From assembly GCA_963737265.1 (NCBI GenBank), contig CAVTRY010000011.1, positions 640,001-704,000 on the forward strand: a stretch of 64,000 nucleotides of DNA, written 5' to 3'. This document shows, one piece after another, positions 31,116 through 41,484 of the stretch (positions within the stretch are counted from its first letter, which is position 1; every line of letters begins with the position of its first letter). Source of the stretch: an uncultured delta proteobacterium (lineage in GTDB: Bacteria; Myxococcota_A; Polyangia; Fen-1088). The notes beneath the pieces were generated by a model. It saw nothing but the letters and a program-made list of their open reading frames with translations. It was not told the DNA's origin and ran no database searches. Both the position numbers and the translations under genes were made by a program.

Positions 31116-31754
31116 TTAGTCCGCTTCGATGCCAACGCGCAATCCGAGGGTAAGAATCGCTTGCCGAAGAGTATCGTCGGCCGAAAGACGACCACTCCGC
31201 CGGGTGCCGCGAAGCGCTGAACCAGCGCGGTCACCGAACAGGACAAGCGCCTTATCCTGGTCGCGCTTGCAGGATATCCAGAGCAGACCGTCCACCTTAT
31301 GATACTGCCGATGCAGAGCTTGTGCCCACAGTGCGGTGTTTAAGTAGTCGGTGGGCGGACTCTCGATCAGCTCGTCCTTCGGGATCTTGAGAAGATGAAG
31401 ACGATCGGTCGTCAAGTCGATGAGCTTCAGGTCACGGTCTGGTATTACCACTCCATGGGACCGATCGCCGAATTCGTCCAAATCTACGAACTTGTCTGGC
31501 GCATCGATTGGTACGTTGTGGAAGATGGTCTCGAAGATAGCTCCCTCAAGCGACGAGCCACCGTAGAGATAGGGCACTGGCTTGCCGGAAGAGTCATGAA
31601 TCGGAGCGAAGCGGGTCGGCTTAGTCGGTGCAGCGGCGAGGTTGAAGCTTTGTGGCTCGAAGTCGGTATGGTGAATCGTGTGGATCTCGGTGCCGGCTGG
31701 CCAGCCATAGACATTGGCAACGAGCGACTTTCCCGGCGGGAGACGGCAGGTCAA
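31116..31754 (-). CDS. RES-domain toxin
   Basis: TRFAP, LYGGSSLEGAIFETIFH, DGLLWIS, ALVLFGDR; TTG start overlaps the upstream stop. Confidence 0.8.
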   Translation of the reverse strand: MTCRLPPGKSLVANVYGWPAGTEIHTIHHTDFEPQSFNLAAAPTKPTRFAPIHDSSGKPVPYLYGGSSLEGAIFETIFHNVPIDAPDKFVDLDEFGDRSHGVVIPDRDLKLIDLTTDRLHLLKIPKDELIESPPTDYLNTALWAQALHRQYHKVDGLLWISCKRDQDKALVLFGDRAGSALRGTRRSGRLSADDTLRQAILTLGLRVGIEAD

Positions 31755-32362
31755 GCCGCGCTCCCTCCGGCATCTCGGCGGGCCGCCTCGATCACGTCTT
31801 TGGGCGACGAGGTCAACAAATCCACGGGGCGTGCCTGGTTCGGAAGCCAACCGTTGTTCGACGTGAACCATAGCGCCAACTTCCACGGAGACTTCCGTTC
31901 GCCGAACGCTTCGATGATCTCCCGCACAGCCTTGATCGGGCGGTGGTCCTCGAACTGAAACAGGGGAAAGACCTCGTGTTGTCCCTTCTTGGCATCGCGA
32001 TGAGGAACCGAGAACACCAGACGTCGTTTTTTCCAGTTGTCGGCCAGTGCGTGGCGATTTGCTGCCTGCGATCCGTTAGCCGCTGCCAATTCTTCTGCCG
32101 TCGTCCAGCCGAATTCCTTGAGCAGACGTGCCCGGCGGGCTGCCAGTCGGTGCGCCATACTCACGTCGACATTGCTCGGCGCTACAAGATTGCCTGTGAT
32201 GATCTCGATCAACTCTTCGGTCTTCCGCGAGCGTACCTTCACGGTGTGTTCTTGGACCAAGCTAGCAAGCACGCTAGCAAGCACCATCTCCGCGGCCTGG
32301 TCGTGGATCTCAAACGAGGTCGTGCGATCAGGCGTCTGGTCAAAAGTCGTGTTGCCGGCCAT
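31751..32362 (-). CDS. Xre/MbcA/ParS-like antitoxin partner of the RES toxin
   Basis: C-terminal LALWFTSNNGWLPNQARPVDLL; translationally coupled to the RES gene. Confidence 0.75.
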   Translation of the reverse strand: MAGNTTFDQTPDRTTSFEIHDQAAEMVLASVLASLVQEHTVKVRSRKTEELIEIITGNLVAPSNVDVSMAHRLAARRARLLKEFGWTTAEELAAANGSQAANRHALADNWKKRRLVFSVPHRDAKKGQHEVFPLFQFEDHRPIKAVREIIEAFGERKSPWKLALWFTSNNGWLPNQARPVDLLTSSPKDVIEAARRDAGGSAA

Positions 32363-32453
32363 GGGAGCTACTCCTGATGAATATGACCATATTATTCACC
32401 AATCATCATTCCTGTCAACCAAAGGCCGCATTGCCGACACGGGCCTCTGAACC

Positions 32454-32985
32454 AGCGTGAAGTACTTCTTCGACATCAGCGAGCTGCAGGCCCAGGGCAA
32501 GTCCATCAGCGACGTCACGGCCAGCCTGATTTACGACCGCGGCGCCACCGAATTCGGCCAGCCATCCAGCATCGCCTCTCCCAAGCTTTGTCCCAAGAGC
32601 TCTTCGACCTACTACGTGGAAATGGGCTTCGCGGGCTACGACTTCTGGGGCCGCATCGTCCAGCTCAAGGCCCCGCGCACCTTCATGCTCGATATCGGCA
32701 CCGCGAACGGCGCCGACTGCGTCTGGGATCCATCCAACGACTGGAGCTACGCTTCCCTGCAGCCGGCGCCAACCGACGGTAGCGACCCGCCCAAGACGCC
32801 CCACATCACGGTGTATAGCAACGGCATCCTCGCCTGGGGCGAAGAGCCGCCCTGCTTCGACGAAACGGTCACGCCTCAGCCGCCGCCGATCTGGATCCCG
32901 TAGGACAAGCCCGGGCTTCGCCCGCAGTAGATCAGCGTCGCGGCCGCGGAGCGGGCGGCGTTGCTGTTGCGCCATCCTCGGGCCA
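32454..32985 (+). repeat. Junction repeat copy 3 (orphan GH9/CBM3 tail plus the functional hrpB 3' end)
   Basis: 532-bp match to 23325..23856 with one synonymous GAA/GAG difference seen. Confidence 0.95.
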
Positions 32986-35541
32986 GGCATGCCGGGGATA
33001 GCGCCGACAGAGCTCACGTCGGATTCCGGGATAGTGTTTTTGCCAGAATCCCGCAAGGTCGCTCGTCACCTGCACGGCGCGCTGGTTGGGCGCTAGCAGG
33101 TGCAGGGTCAGCGGCACACGTCCCCGGCAGAGCGTCGGGCCAGAGGCCATGCCAAAGAAGTCCTGCAACCGGGATTCGATCCACGGCCTCTGGCCGCGCT
33201 GGTAATGCACGAGCGCCTGGCGTCCGCCCGGCAACCGGACGTGGTCGGGGGTGTCGTTTCGCAGCAGCGCCGAGACGGTTGGCGAAAGCACTCCGCGGAT
33301 ACGTTCCTCCATCGGCACCGAACGCAATTCGGCCATGCTGGTCAAGCCGCCACAGGCAGCGACGACGATGGCGGAAACCTCCGCGTCCTCCAAGATCGGT
33401 ATTTCCTGCTCGGAGAACGCCTGCCGCAAAATCTCAAGTTTTACTTGAAGAACAGCGGTCGAACTTCCGTCCGGGTCGGGGCTGCCGGTCCCCGCCGCCA
33501 AGGCTGCTTCAGCCAGCATTCGGCTCGCTTCGGCGGACGACGGCGCGGCCCGCCGGGTCTCGTCGAGCACCACGGCCCCATAGCAAAGCCGGGCCACGAT
33601 CTCGACCCGCTCGGTGCTCGGGTTCCACACGGTTTCGTCCGTCTCGGACATTCCTTCCGGCACCAAATCGAGCAGCCACTCGGCTCGTACACCAACGGCC
33701 AGGCGGACTACGACCGACCGACCCGCGCGTTTCCCCGCCGCGGTCGCGCGCTCCTCCGCATCCACGGCAACCATGACGTCGTCAGGGGGCAAGGGACCAA
33801 CCTCCGCCACGCCCCCCGTGGCCAGCACGGCTTGGCTCGCTCCTGGCGAACGGCGACGCATGACCCGATCGGGGAAAGCCGTCAGGGTAGCCATGGAAAG
33901 CGCCTCGTCCACGGCCTCGGCGTTGGCCGGCCGCGGTAAGACGCTCTTGGCGGCGACCCCAGCCAGCACGCCAGCGAGCTGCCGCCGGGCTTTCTCGACC
34001 GATTCGGCGGCACGCGCGTCCACGCCCAGGGCGCGCAAGCGACCGCGGTCGAACCGCACCGCCCTGGCTTGGTTGAAGCGGTCGAGGCGTTCGAGCAGAT
34101 CCGAGCCTTCCGCCGCCGCACCCCGATTGGCAGCGTCCCCGAAGCGGGTTCGTGCGGCATCGCTGATATCGCCTTCCGCGAGCAGCCCCGCCACCGCAGC
34201 CGCCTCCTCGCCCACGCCACGGCGTTCTCCTTCCACCAGCAGGCGCGCCAGCCGGGGATGAGCGGGAAAACGCAGCATGCGCCGCCCGATTTCCGTCAAG
34301 GCGCCCTGCCCGCCTATCGCCCCAAGCTTGCGCAGAAGCGCGGTCCCTGATTCGATCGACGAAGCCCCTGGCATCTCGAACCACGCGAATCGGTTGGCGT
34401 CGCGCACGCCCAGCGCCGCGAGCAGGAGCAGGGCTTCGCAAAGGTCGAGCCGGCCTATTTCCGGAATCTCGAACGGCCGGCGCGATTCGAAATCGTGCCG
34501 GGGATAGAGGCGGATGGCCAGGCCGGGCCCGGTTCGTCCGGCCCGCCCTGCGCGCTGAATGGCCGAGGCTTGGCTGATCTTGGCAACCGCCAGTTTGGAC
34601 AGCCCGCTCCACGCGGAATGGGATGCGATGCGGGCCAGCCCCGAATCGATCACCGTGGAAACGCCTTCGATGGTCACGGACGTCTCGGCGACGTTGGTCG
34701 ACAAGATGATCTTAGGTCGAGCCGCGGGCGTCACCGCCCGACGTTGCTCCGCTGGCGATAAGTCGCCATGAAGGGGCAGCACCAGCAGATCTTTCGCCTT
34801 GGCAAAGGCTTCAAGCGCCGAGGCCGCTCGTCGGATCTCGCCCGCGCCGGGGACGAAAACGAGAATATCCCCGGCCATCCCCTCTTGATGAACGCGCCGA
34901 ACCGCCGATGTGATTCGGTCGGCCAAGGGACGCTCGTCGGCGTTGTCCGGATAGTCGATGGAAACGGGAAAGGCCCGGCCCAGGCTGCGCACGCCGGGAC
35001 AATCGCCGAGAAACGCACGCACCGGCTCACTTTCCAGCGTGGCGGACATGACGACCAGGCGCAGATCCGGTCGCGCGTTCAGTTGCAAGCGCCGAAGCAA
35101 TGCCAGGGCGAGATCCGCGGCGAGGTGCCGTTCGTGAAATTCGTCGAGAATGACCGCGGACACGCCCGGCAGCGTCGGCTCCGCCAGCAGACGCCGCAGC
35201 AGAATTCCCTCCGTCATGAAGCGGATGCGCGTACGCGGGCTCGATACGTCCTCGAAGCGAACCGTGTAGCCAACGGTTTGACCGACCTCCTCCCCCATTT
35301 CCTCCGCCACGCGCGAGGCCGCCAGGCGCGCTGGCAAGCGCCGCGGTTGCAACACGACGATCTCGCCGCCCGAACCATGCCCGAGCAGGGCCGGCGGCAC
35401 CCGCGTGGTCTTGCCCGCCCCTGGCGGCGCTTCGATGACCAGGCTTGCCTCGTGCAACAGGGTCGACCCTATCTCCGCCAGCAGCGCATCGATGGGTAGT
35501 TGGGTTCGTGCCAAGGATGACTGCGTCCGATGCGACGGCAT
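32932..35541 (-). CDS. hrpB: ATP-dependent helicase HrpB
   Basis: APPGAGKTT, DEFHER, MSAT, STNVAETS, QRAGRAGR, C-terminal LLAPNQRAVQVTSDL...RYPRHAWPED. Confidence 0.95.
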   Translation of the reverse strand: MPSHRTQSSLARTQLPIDALLAEIGSTLLHEASLVIEAPPGAGKTTRVPPALLGHGSGGEIVVLQPRRLPARLAASRVAEEMGEEVGQTVGYTVRFEDVSSPRTRIRFMTEGILLRRLLAEPTLPGVSAVILDEFHERHLAADLALALLRRLQLNARPDLRLVVMSATLESEPVRAFLGDCPGVRSLGRAFPVSIDYPDNADERPLADRITSAVRRVHQEGMAGDILVFVPGAGEIRRAASALEAFAKAKDLLVLPLHGDLSPAEQRRAVTPAARPKIILSTNVAETSVTIEGVSTVIDSGLARIASHSAWSGLSKLAVAKISQASAIQRAGRAGRTGPGLAIRLYPRHDFESRRPFEIPEIGRLDLCEALLLLAALGVRDANRFAWFEMPGASSIESGTALLRKLGAIGGQGALTEIGRRMLRFPAHPRLARLLVEGERRGVGEEAAAVAGLLAEGDISDAARTRFGDAANRGAAAEGSDLLERLDRFNQARAVRFDRGRLRALGVDARAAESVEKARRQLAGVLAGVAAKSVLPRPANAEAVDEALSMATLTAFPDRVMRRRSPGASQAVLATGGVAEVGPLPPDDVMVAVDAEERATAAGKRAGRSVVVRLAVGVRAEWLLDLVPEGMSETDETVWNPSTERVEIVARLCYGAVVLDETRRAAPSSAEASRMLAEAALAAGTGSPDPDGSSTAVLQVKLEILRQAFSEQEIPILEDAEVSAIVVAACGGLTSMAELRSVPMEERIRGVLSPTVSALLRNDTPDHVRLPGGRQALVHYQRGQRPWIESRLQDFFGMASGPTLCRGRVPLTLHLLAPNQRAVQVTSDLAGFWQKHYPGIRRELCRRYPRHAWPEDGATATPPAPRPRR

Positions 35542-35545
35542 CGGC

Positions 35546-36460
35546 CTAGGGGAAAAACTGCGCGCCCTGTCCACGTTCGAGATCGAAGTCGAACCTCCCC
35601 GTCGTCGCATCGCCGCCCAGGGTTCCGCCGATCTGTGGCGCCGGCTCGGGCAAGTCATTGAGAAACGCGTTCACGATATTCGAGTCGGTCAGCGTAAGGG
35701 AGAAGCTCGTGGCGTAAATCCTCTCGCCAAAATTCACATGGAACTTGACACCAACGGGGTCGCGAGCCTGGGGCGTTCGGTCAGTCTGTGCCGCGCTTCC
35801 GAAATCTTGAAACTCCACCCACGAGCTCCAACTGCCATCCAGCACCACCGGCGGCGGGGTGGTGGAAAATTCGGGCGGGATCGGGCCTGAAATCGCGCTC
35901 GCATCCAAGTTGGCCGAGCAGGTCATCTTGAGCGCCAAGTCACCATGAATGACGCTGTCGTACTGAACCCGCAGGCGCCCCGGCCCATTGTCCGAGGCGC
36001 GAAAACAAAGGGTAGGATCCCAGTCACCTTTCCCAGTCGCGGGGTCGACGCGCCCGCGCACGCAACGGGCCACATCATAGGAGGTCACCACGTCGAAGGT
36101 GAGGACATCATTCTGCTCGATTTGTCTTCCGGAACGTTGCAGGCGGATGATCAGTCTGTTGCTCATGATCTCCGACCCCGGATCGTATTCACGCAGATCG
36201 TCGATGGGCTCGCCGGCAAAGAAGGTCGGCTGCAAGTCGAAGGGAACCGGATTGTCAAAGGTCCCGGCAATCCCCGCTACGGCATAGTCGCCGTTCTTTG
36301 AACACCCGTACTCAAAGATCGCTCCGCTCGCGGCGCCAACCCCCTTGCCCACAGCGCACGCGCCAGCGCCCATCGTGGTCAGTCCAACTGCCATCAGGCT
36401 CGTCGCGCGTAGAATCGCGCGCGCCTTCGGAGATGATGTCGTCAAGGTCACCACGGGCAT
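35546..36460 (-). CDS. Hypothetical lipoprotein
   Basis: 304 aa ORF with lipobox-like AGAC; fills the gap upstream of hrpB. Confidence 0.6.
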   Translation of the reverse strand: MPVVTLTTSSPKARAILRATSLMAVGLTTMGAGACAVGKGVGAASGAIFEYGCSKNGDYAVAGIAGTFDNPVPFDLQPTFFAGEPIDDLREYDPGSEIMSNRLIIRLQRSGRQIEQNDVLTFDVVTSYDVARCVRGRVDPATGKGDWDPTLCFRASDNGPGRLRVQYDSVIHGDLALKMTCSANLDASAISGPIPPEFSTTPPPVVLDGSWSSWVEFQDFGSAAQTDRTPQARDPVGVKFHVNFGERIYATSFSLTLTDSNIVNAFLNDLPEPAPQIGGTLGGDATTGRFDFDLERGQGAQFFP

Positions 36461-36649
36461 GTTTCGCGGGAGTTTACCCTACCCCCTGAAAGCGACCGAG
36501 AAAGTCTGTCGCCGCACCAGATTGGGAGTGAAAACGCGAACAGTCAAGCTGGCCAAACCTTCCGCCGATAGAAAGGTCCGGACACGGTCGCGTCGGTCCA
36601 CATGCGTGCGCCAGCCGCGACCCTGCCCAGCATCAACGGGGTGGAGCGC

Positions 36650-37027
36650 ATGACAAAGTCTGAGCTAATCGAACATATCTCCGAAATGAGGAGCTTGCCG
36701 AGGGGACGCGCGGAGCTGGCCGTGAACATGATCCTTGAGTGCTTGGCCGAGGCTCTCCGGCGCGACGAACGGGTGGAGATCCGCGGACTCGGTAGTTTTG
36801 AAACCCGGAGCTACGGCGCCTACAAGGGGCGAAATCCGCGCACTGGGGATTCGGTCGCGGTCAAGCCGAAACGCCTTCCCTATTTCAAAGTCGGCAAGGA
36901 GCTCAAAGAGCTGATCAACTCGAAGCTGCGGCGTACCCAGGAAATGCCGACCCTTCGGGCTTCCGCCCCGCCCACCGCGTCCGATCCCGAGATCCAATCG
37001 GATGCTTCTTCTTCGCGCAGGCGCTGA
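36650..37027 (+). CDS. ihfB: Integration host factor beta-like protein
   Basis: MTKSELIE...RVEIRGLGSF...GRNPRTG...PYFKVGKELKE. Confidence 0.85.
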   Translation: MTKSELIEHISEMRSLPRGRAELAVNMILECLAEALRRDERVEIRGLGSFETRSYGAYKGRNPRTGDSVAVKPKRLPYFKVGKELKELINSKLRRTQEMPTLRASAPPTASDPEIQSDASSSRRR

Positions 37028-37066
37028 AGATGCGGAAGAGCGGGCCTCCGCTCAACGAAGCTGCCG

Positions 37067-38068
37067 TTAGGAAAGCCTGTCGCGTCCGCCAGATTCGACG
37101 AACACCCCCATGCCGCGGAATTTCTTGTAGCGTTCGTCCTTTAAGCGCTGCGGCGAGAGTTGCGACAGCTCATCCAAGTGGCGGCGAATCGCGGCCGCCA
37201 AGTTGCGGGCGGTCAGATCGAAATCGCGATGCGCGCCGCCCGGTGCCTCGGGCACGATTTCGTCGATCACGCCGAGACGCAGAATTTCCGGTGCGGTGAT
37301 CTTCATCGCCGCCGCCGCGTCGGCCTTGCGATCGTCGCTGCGAAAGAGAATCGACGCGCAGCCTTCGGGCGAAATCACCGAATAGACCGCGTTTTCCAGC
37401 ATCAGAATGCGATCGGCGACACCAATGGCCAGCGCCCCGCCCGAGCCGCCCTCGCCGATCACGACCGAAATGATCGGCACCGGCATGCCGGCCATGACCT
37501 CGAGGCTCTTGGCCACGGCCTCGGCCTGGCCGCGCTCTTCCGCGTCGATGCCGGGGAAGGCGCCGGGCGTATCGAGCAAGCACAGAACGGGCCGGCCGAA
37601 ACGCGCTGCCAGATCCATGAGACGCATCGATTTGCGATAGCCTTCGGGCTTCACCATGCCCATGTTGCGGGCTAGCTTCTCCTTGGTCTTGCGGCCCTTC
37701 TGCTGGCCCAAGCACACCACGGGCATGCCCTCGAAAAATCCGATGCCCCCGACCATGGCGGCGTCATCGGCGAAACGCCGGTCGCCGTGCAGCTCGCGGA
37801 AATCGGCGATGATGCGCGCAAAGTAATCGAGCGTGTACGGCCGCCCGGGATGGCGAGCGAGCTGCACCTTTTGCCACGGCGTGAGCTCCGAAAAAATCTG
37901 CTTCTGCAGCGCCACGGCGCGCTTTTCTAGCAGGAGAATCTCGCGCTCCAGATCGGGCGAGGTCCGCGAACGGATCTTCAGCGCGGCGATTTTGCGCTGG
38001 AGGTCGACTATCGGCCGCTCGAAGTCGAGGACGGGAGGTTCGGAAGCTTTCTCTTTCTTGGGTGACAT
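37067..38068 (-). CDS. accA: Acetyl-CoA carboxylase carboxyltransferase alpha subunit
   Basis: LDFERPI, ARHPGRP, ELHGDR, DTPGAFPG, GEGGSGGALA, SVISPEGCASIL. Confidence 0.97.
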   Translation of the reverse strand: MSPKKEKASEPPVLDFERPIVDLQRKIAALKIRSRTSPDLEREILLLEKRAVALQKQIFSELTPWQKVQLARHPGRPYTLDYFARIIADFRELHGDRRFADDAAMVGGIGFFEGMPVVCLGQQKGRKTKEKLARNMGMVKPEGYRKSMRLMDLAARFGRPVLCLLDTPGAFPGIDAEERGQAEAVAKSLEVMAGMPVPIISVVIGEGGSGGALAIGVADRILMLENAVYSVISPEGCASILFRSDDRKADAAAAMKITAPEILRLGVIDEIVPEAPGGAHRDFDLTARNLAAAIRRHLDELSQLSPQRLKDERYKKFRGMGVFVESGGRDRLS

Positions 38069-38168
38069 GCCGGGACCGTGCATCCTCTTTCGGCCGGGGC
38101 CGACAGTCAACAAGGCGTGTGACATTTGCAATCGGCAAGCGCCGTGTTTTCGGTCAAGGACGTTCGCG

Positions 38169-39119
38169 TCAGGCCAGCAGCCAGCCGCGAATCAAGTGCG
38201 CCAGCGCAGCGGGCACGAGCGGCTCGAAGGCACGCAGGTGAACGTCTTCGCGGCGAAACCACGTTCGCTGGCGCCGCGCATAGGCGGCGGTCGCAGACTT
38301 GATCTCGGCCACCGCCTCGTCCAAAGCCAGGGCGCCGTCGAGATGCCGCCCGAGTTGCTTGTAGCCAAGCGCCTGCATCGCCCGCGCGCCGCCGTGTCCG
38401 GCCGCGCGCAGGGCGCCAACTTCTTCAAGAAATCCCGCCGACATCATCGCGTCGACACGTGCAGCGATGCGCGGGCGCAAGGACGCCATGGCGAACTCGA
38501 GAACGATGGAAAACACACGCAGGGACGGCGGCGCGGCCGCGCTTTGCCGCCGCAGCTTGCTGATGGGCGTTGCGGTCTGCTCGAATACCTCCAGCGCGCG
38601 GCTGATGCGCAAAAGATCCCCAGGCAGGATCTTGGTCGCCGCCTCGGGATCGACCTGGCTCAACCTTTCGTACAAGGCGGGAATGCCCAGCTCGGCAGCC
38701 TCGGCCTGATGGCGCGCCCGAATCGCGGGATCCGGTCTCGGTGCCGCGAACAGTCCCTTCACCAGGGCGCGAAAATAGAGTCCCGTACCCCCAACGATGA
38801 TGGGAAGGCGTCCGCGCGCCCGGACCTCGGCGATGATCGCACGCGCGCCTTCGGCCCAGGCGGCGGCATGAAACTGCTCGCCGGGAGGAACCAGATCGAG
38901 CAGGTGATGCGGAATCGCGATGCGTTCTGCGGGCGTTGGCTTGGCCGTGCCGATGTCCAAGCCAAGATAGACCTGCATCGAATCGCAGCACAGAATTTCG
39001 CCATCGAGCTCCTCGGCAAGCGCCAACCCGAGCGCGCTTTTTCCGGAGGCCGTTGGGCCCAGAACGGCAACAACCGGCGGCGCGACGACGGCGTCGCCGA
39101 CCAGCGGGGCCGGCGCCAT
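38169..39119 (-). CDS. miaA: tRNA dimethylallyltransferase
   Basis: GPTASGKS, DSMQVY, DIGTAKP, VGGTGLY, YARRQRTWF; follows mutL. Confidence 0.96.
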   Translation of the reverse strand: MAPAPLVGDAVVAPPVVAVLGPTASGKSALGLALAEELDGEILCCDSMQVYLGLDIGTAKPTPAERIAIPHHLLDLVPPGEQFHAAAWAEGARAIIAEVRARGRLPIIVGGTGLYFRALVKGLFAAPRPDPAIRARHQAEAAELGIPALYERLSQVDPEAATKILPGDLLRISRALEVFEQTATPISKLRRQSAAAPPSLRVFSIVLEFAMASLRPRIAARVDAMMSAGFLEEVGALRAAGHGGARAMQALGYKQLGRHLDGALALDEAVAEIKSATAAYARRQRTWFRREDVHLRAFEPLVPAALAHLIRGWLLA

Positions 39120-41005
39120 CAGGTTCGCCCTAGGCGCTGTTCGATCTCGGACATGGGCATGCGCAACAGTACCGGCCGCCCATGCGGACAGTGCGACCGC
39201 AAATCCACACCGTCGAGCTGAACCAGCAGCGCGAGCGCCTGATCGCGGCTGACGATATCGCCAGCGCGCAGGGCACCGTGGCATGCCATGGTGGCGAAAA
39301 TCTTGTCGAAACCAGCTTCCGCCGGATTCGTTCCCTCATCGCTGGAGATGCCGTGAATGACATCCAGCAGCAGCGGCTTCGGATCGACCTTCCTGAGAAG
39401 ATCGGGCACGGCACGAACGAGCAGCGTCTTGGGACCGAAATCCTCGACCTCGAAGCCCAGGCCGGCGAGGGTTTCCAGCGCCGACGTCTCGCGGACCGCG
39501 GCGAGGGCCGGATCGTCGAGCTCGATGGGGATGGGAAAGAGCAGGCGCTGGCGCGCGACCTTGCGCTGGCGATGGGCTTGGCGCAGGCGTTCGAAGGTGA
39601 TGCGCTCGTGGGCCGCGTGCTGATCTACGATGACGAGCTCGCCCTGCCCTTCGCAGATTAAATAGGTGCGGCGCATTTGGCCGATGTATTCGAGGCCGCC
39701 GAAAAAGCCTTCCGAGCCCACGACCGAAGCGAGAGCCGGCGCCTCCTCGGCGGGAGCCGGATCCTTCGGCATCTCCAGCCCCTCGATGGTGTGGCTAAGT
39801 CCGCCCGCCAAACTGCGCTGCGCCGGTCGCAGCGGCTCCTGCCAAGCGCGGCCTGCACCACTGCCTGCACCACGGCCTGGCCTCTCGCTCTCGACCGACG
39901 ACAGCTCGGCCGGCTCGGCCGCGGCCTCGGCCACGGCGTCGAGATGTTCGGGCGGCAAGGTGTAGGCATGCAACGGTGCCGGCGGCAGCCACGGCGCGCG
40001 CGCCACCGCCGCGCCCACCACGTGGCGAACAGCGCCGTAAACCTCTTGCGCCCGCGCGAATCGCACTTCCAGCTTTTGTGGATGCACGTTCACGTCCAGC
40101 TCCTGCCCTGGCACCTCGACGAAAAGCGCAGCCATGGGGTAACGGCCCTTTTCCAGCAGCTCACCGTAGCCCATGCCGAGCGCGTGGAGCAGCGACCGAT
40201 CGCGCACGAAGCGCTTGCCCACGAACAGGAAGGTTGACCGCGGCGTGGCGGATGCCTCCTCGGGCGCGGCCAGAAACGCGCGCACGACCACGCCGGCTTC
40301 CTCGCCGCGCGCCTCGTGGAGCAGGCTTGCTCCGCGCCGAGCAAGCGCGGCCCTCACGCGTTCGCCCATGTCGCGATGGGGTGGTAAGTCCAGCACCACG
40401 CGACCGTTGCCGCGCAGGCGGAAGTGGATCTCGGGATAGGCGAGTGCGAGGCGCATCACCGCCTCGGCGACGTTGGCCGCTTCGGTGGCCTCTGACTTCA
40501 TGAATTTGAGGCGCGCCGGCGTATTCCAGAACAGGTCGCGCACCTCGACCTGCGTGCCGTCGGGCATTCCCACCTCGCCGCTGCTCGTCTCGATGCCTCC
40601 CTCGAACCCGAGGCTGAATCCTGCGGTCGTCCCCGGCCGTTTCGTGCGCATGGTCAGACGAGAAACCGCCGCGATGGACGGCAAGGCCTCGCCTCTAAAA
40701 CCAAAGGTCGTGAGCCCCCACAAATCGTCGGGGCTGGTGATCTTCGAGGTGGCGTGGCGGAGCAGCGACAGGCGCGTCTCCTCGGCGGTCATGCCACAGC
40801 CATCGTCGACAACGCGGATCAGCCGTCGCCCGCCCGCCTCGATCTCCACCTCGACCCGGTGGGCGCCAGCGTCGATGGAGTTTTCCGCCAGCTCCTTGAC
40901 CACCGAGGCCGGCCGTTCGACCACCTCGCCCGCCGCGATCTGGTCCGCCAGGGTCGGCGGCAACACGTGGATGCGTGGCGTTTCGGGCGGCGAAGGTGTG
41001 TCCAT
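39119..41005 (-). CDS. mutL: DNA mismatch repair endonuclease MutL
   Basis: IAAGEVVERPASVVKEL, GFRGEALPSI, DVNVHP, DQHAAHER, CPHGRP. Confidence 0.97.
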   Translation of the reverse strand: MDTPSPPETPRIHVLPPTLADQIAAGEVVERPASVVKELAENSIDAGAHRVEVEIEAGGRRLIRVVDDGCGMTAEETRLSLLRHATSKITSPDDLWGLTTFGFRGEALPSIAAVSRLTMRTKRPGTTAGFSLGFEGGIETSSGEVGMPDGTQVEVRDLFWNTPARLKFMKSEATEAANVAEAVMRLALAYPEIHFRLRGNGRVVLDLPPHRDMGERVRAALARRGASLLHEARGEEAGVVVRAFLAAPEEASATPRSTFLFVGKRFVRDRSLLHALGMGYGELLEKGRYPMAALFVEVPGQELDVNVHPQKLEVRFARAQEVYGAVRHVVGAAVARAPWLPPAPLHAYTLPPEHLDAVAEAAAEPAELSSVESERPGRGAGSGAGRAWQEPLRPAQRSLAGGLSHTIEGLEMPKDPAPAEEAPALASVVGSEGFFGGLEYIGQMRRTYLICEGQGELVIVDQHAAHERITFERLRQAHRQRKVARQRLLFPIPIELDDPALAAVRETSALETLAGLGFEVEDFGPKTLLVRAVPDLLRKVDPKPLLLDVIHGISSDEGTNPAEAGFDKIFATMACHGALRAGDIVSRDQALALLVQLDGVDLRSHCPHGRPVLLRMPMSEIEQRLGRT

Positions 41006-41229
41006 TGCGGGCTAGGATATTCCAAGTGGCCACGAATAGCCGCATCCGAGATTGCCACGCGCGCTTCCTACGATTCTTCACGTTGGCCAATGAGCTTCGT
41101 GTCGCCTACTCGCCGATCCCGTCATCGTCTGCCGATGGGTTGGCGTTGGGCGGCGGGCGCCGAAGGCGACCCTGCAACGGCTTGCCGTTCGGCCGGATCA
41201 AACGCCCACTTGTTCGCCGGCTCTTGAAA

Positions 41230-41248
41230 TGCTAGCATAATGCTAGCA
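41230..41248. promoter_or_regulatory. Putative antitoxin operator (TGCTAGCA-N3-TGCTAGCA)
   Basis: Two perfect 8-bp palindromes immediately upstream of the RHH antitoxin ATG. Confidence 0.6.
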
Positions 41249-41256
41249 GGTGCAAC

Positions 41257-41484
41257 ATGGCAACTCTCACGATTAGAAATGTCCCAGACAAGGTCACAAA
41301 GTCGCTGAAGACTCTAGCCCGAAAGAACCATCGCTCGATGGAGCAAGAGGTGCGCGAGCTCATCAACGAGCACGTCGGTGAGCGCCTCTCTGTCCTCGAC
41401 CAAATCGAAGCCGCATGGGTCAAGCAGACACGTCGCCCGACCGCGGCTGAAGTCCAGGGATGGATCGCCACGGGACGCGAATGA
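41257..41484 (+). CDS. FitA/Arc-like ribbon-helix-helix antitoxin
   Basis: MATLTIRNVPD...LARKNHRSMEQEVRELI. Confidence 0.88.
   Translation: MATLTIRNVPDKVTKSLKTLARKNHRSMEQEVRELINEHVGERLSVLDQIEAAWVKQTRRPTAAEVQGWIATGRE

Noticed and set aside
28268-32903. Stand-alone CBM3 genes (28268..28555 and 32457..32903), or a DGR template/variable repeat pair
   Set aside because: They are near-identical duplicated GH9 tails without a signal peptide. There is no reverse transcriptase and no pattern of adenine-specific variation.
23325-32985. Prophage or integrase-type island with attL/attR
   Set aside because: No integrase or phage genes; the repeats are over 380 bp long and occur in three copies with different endpoints.
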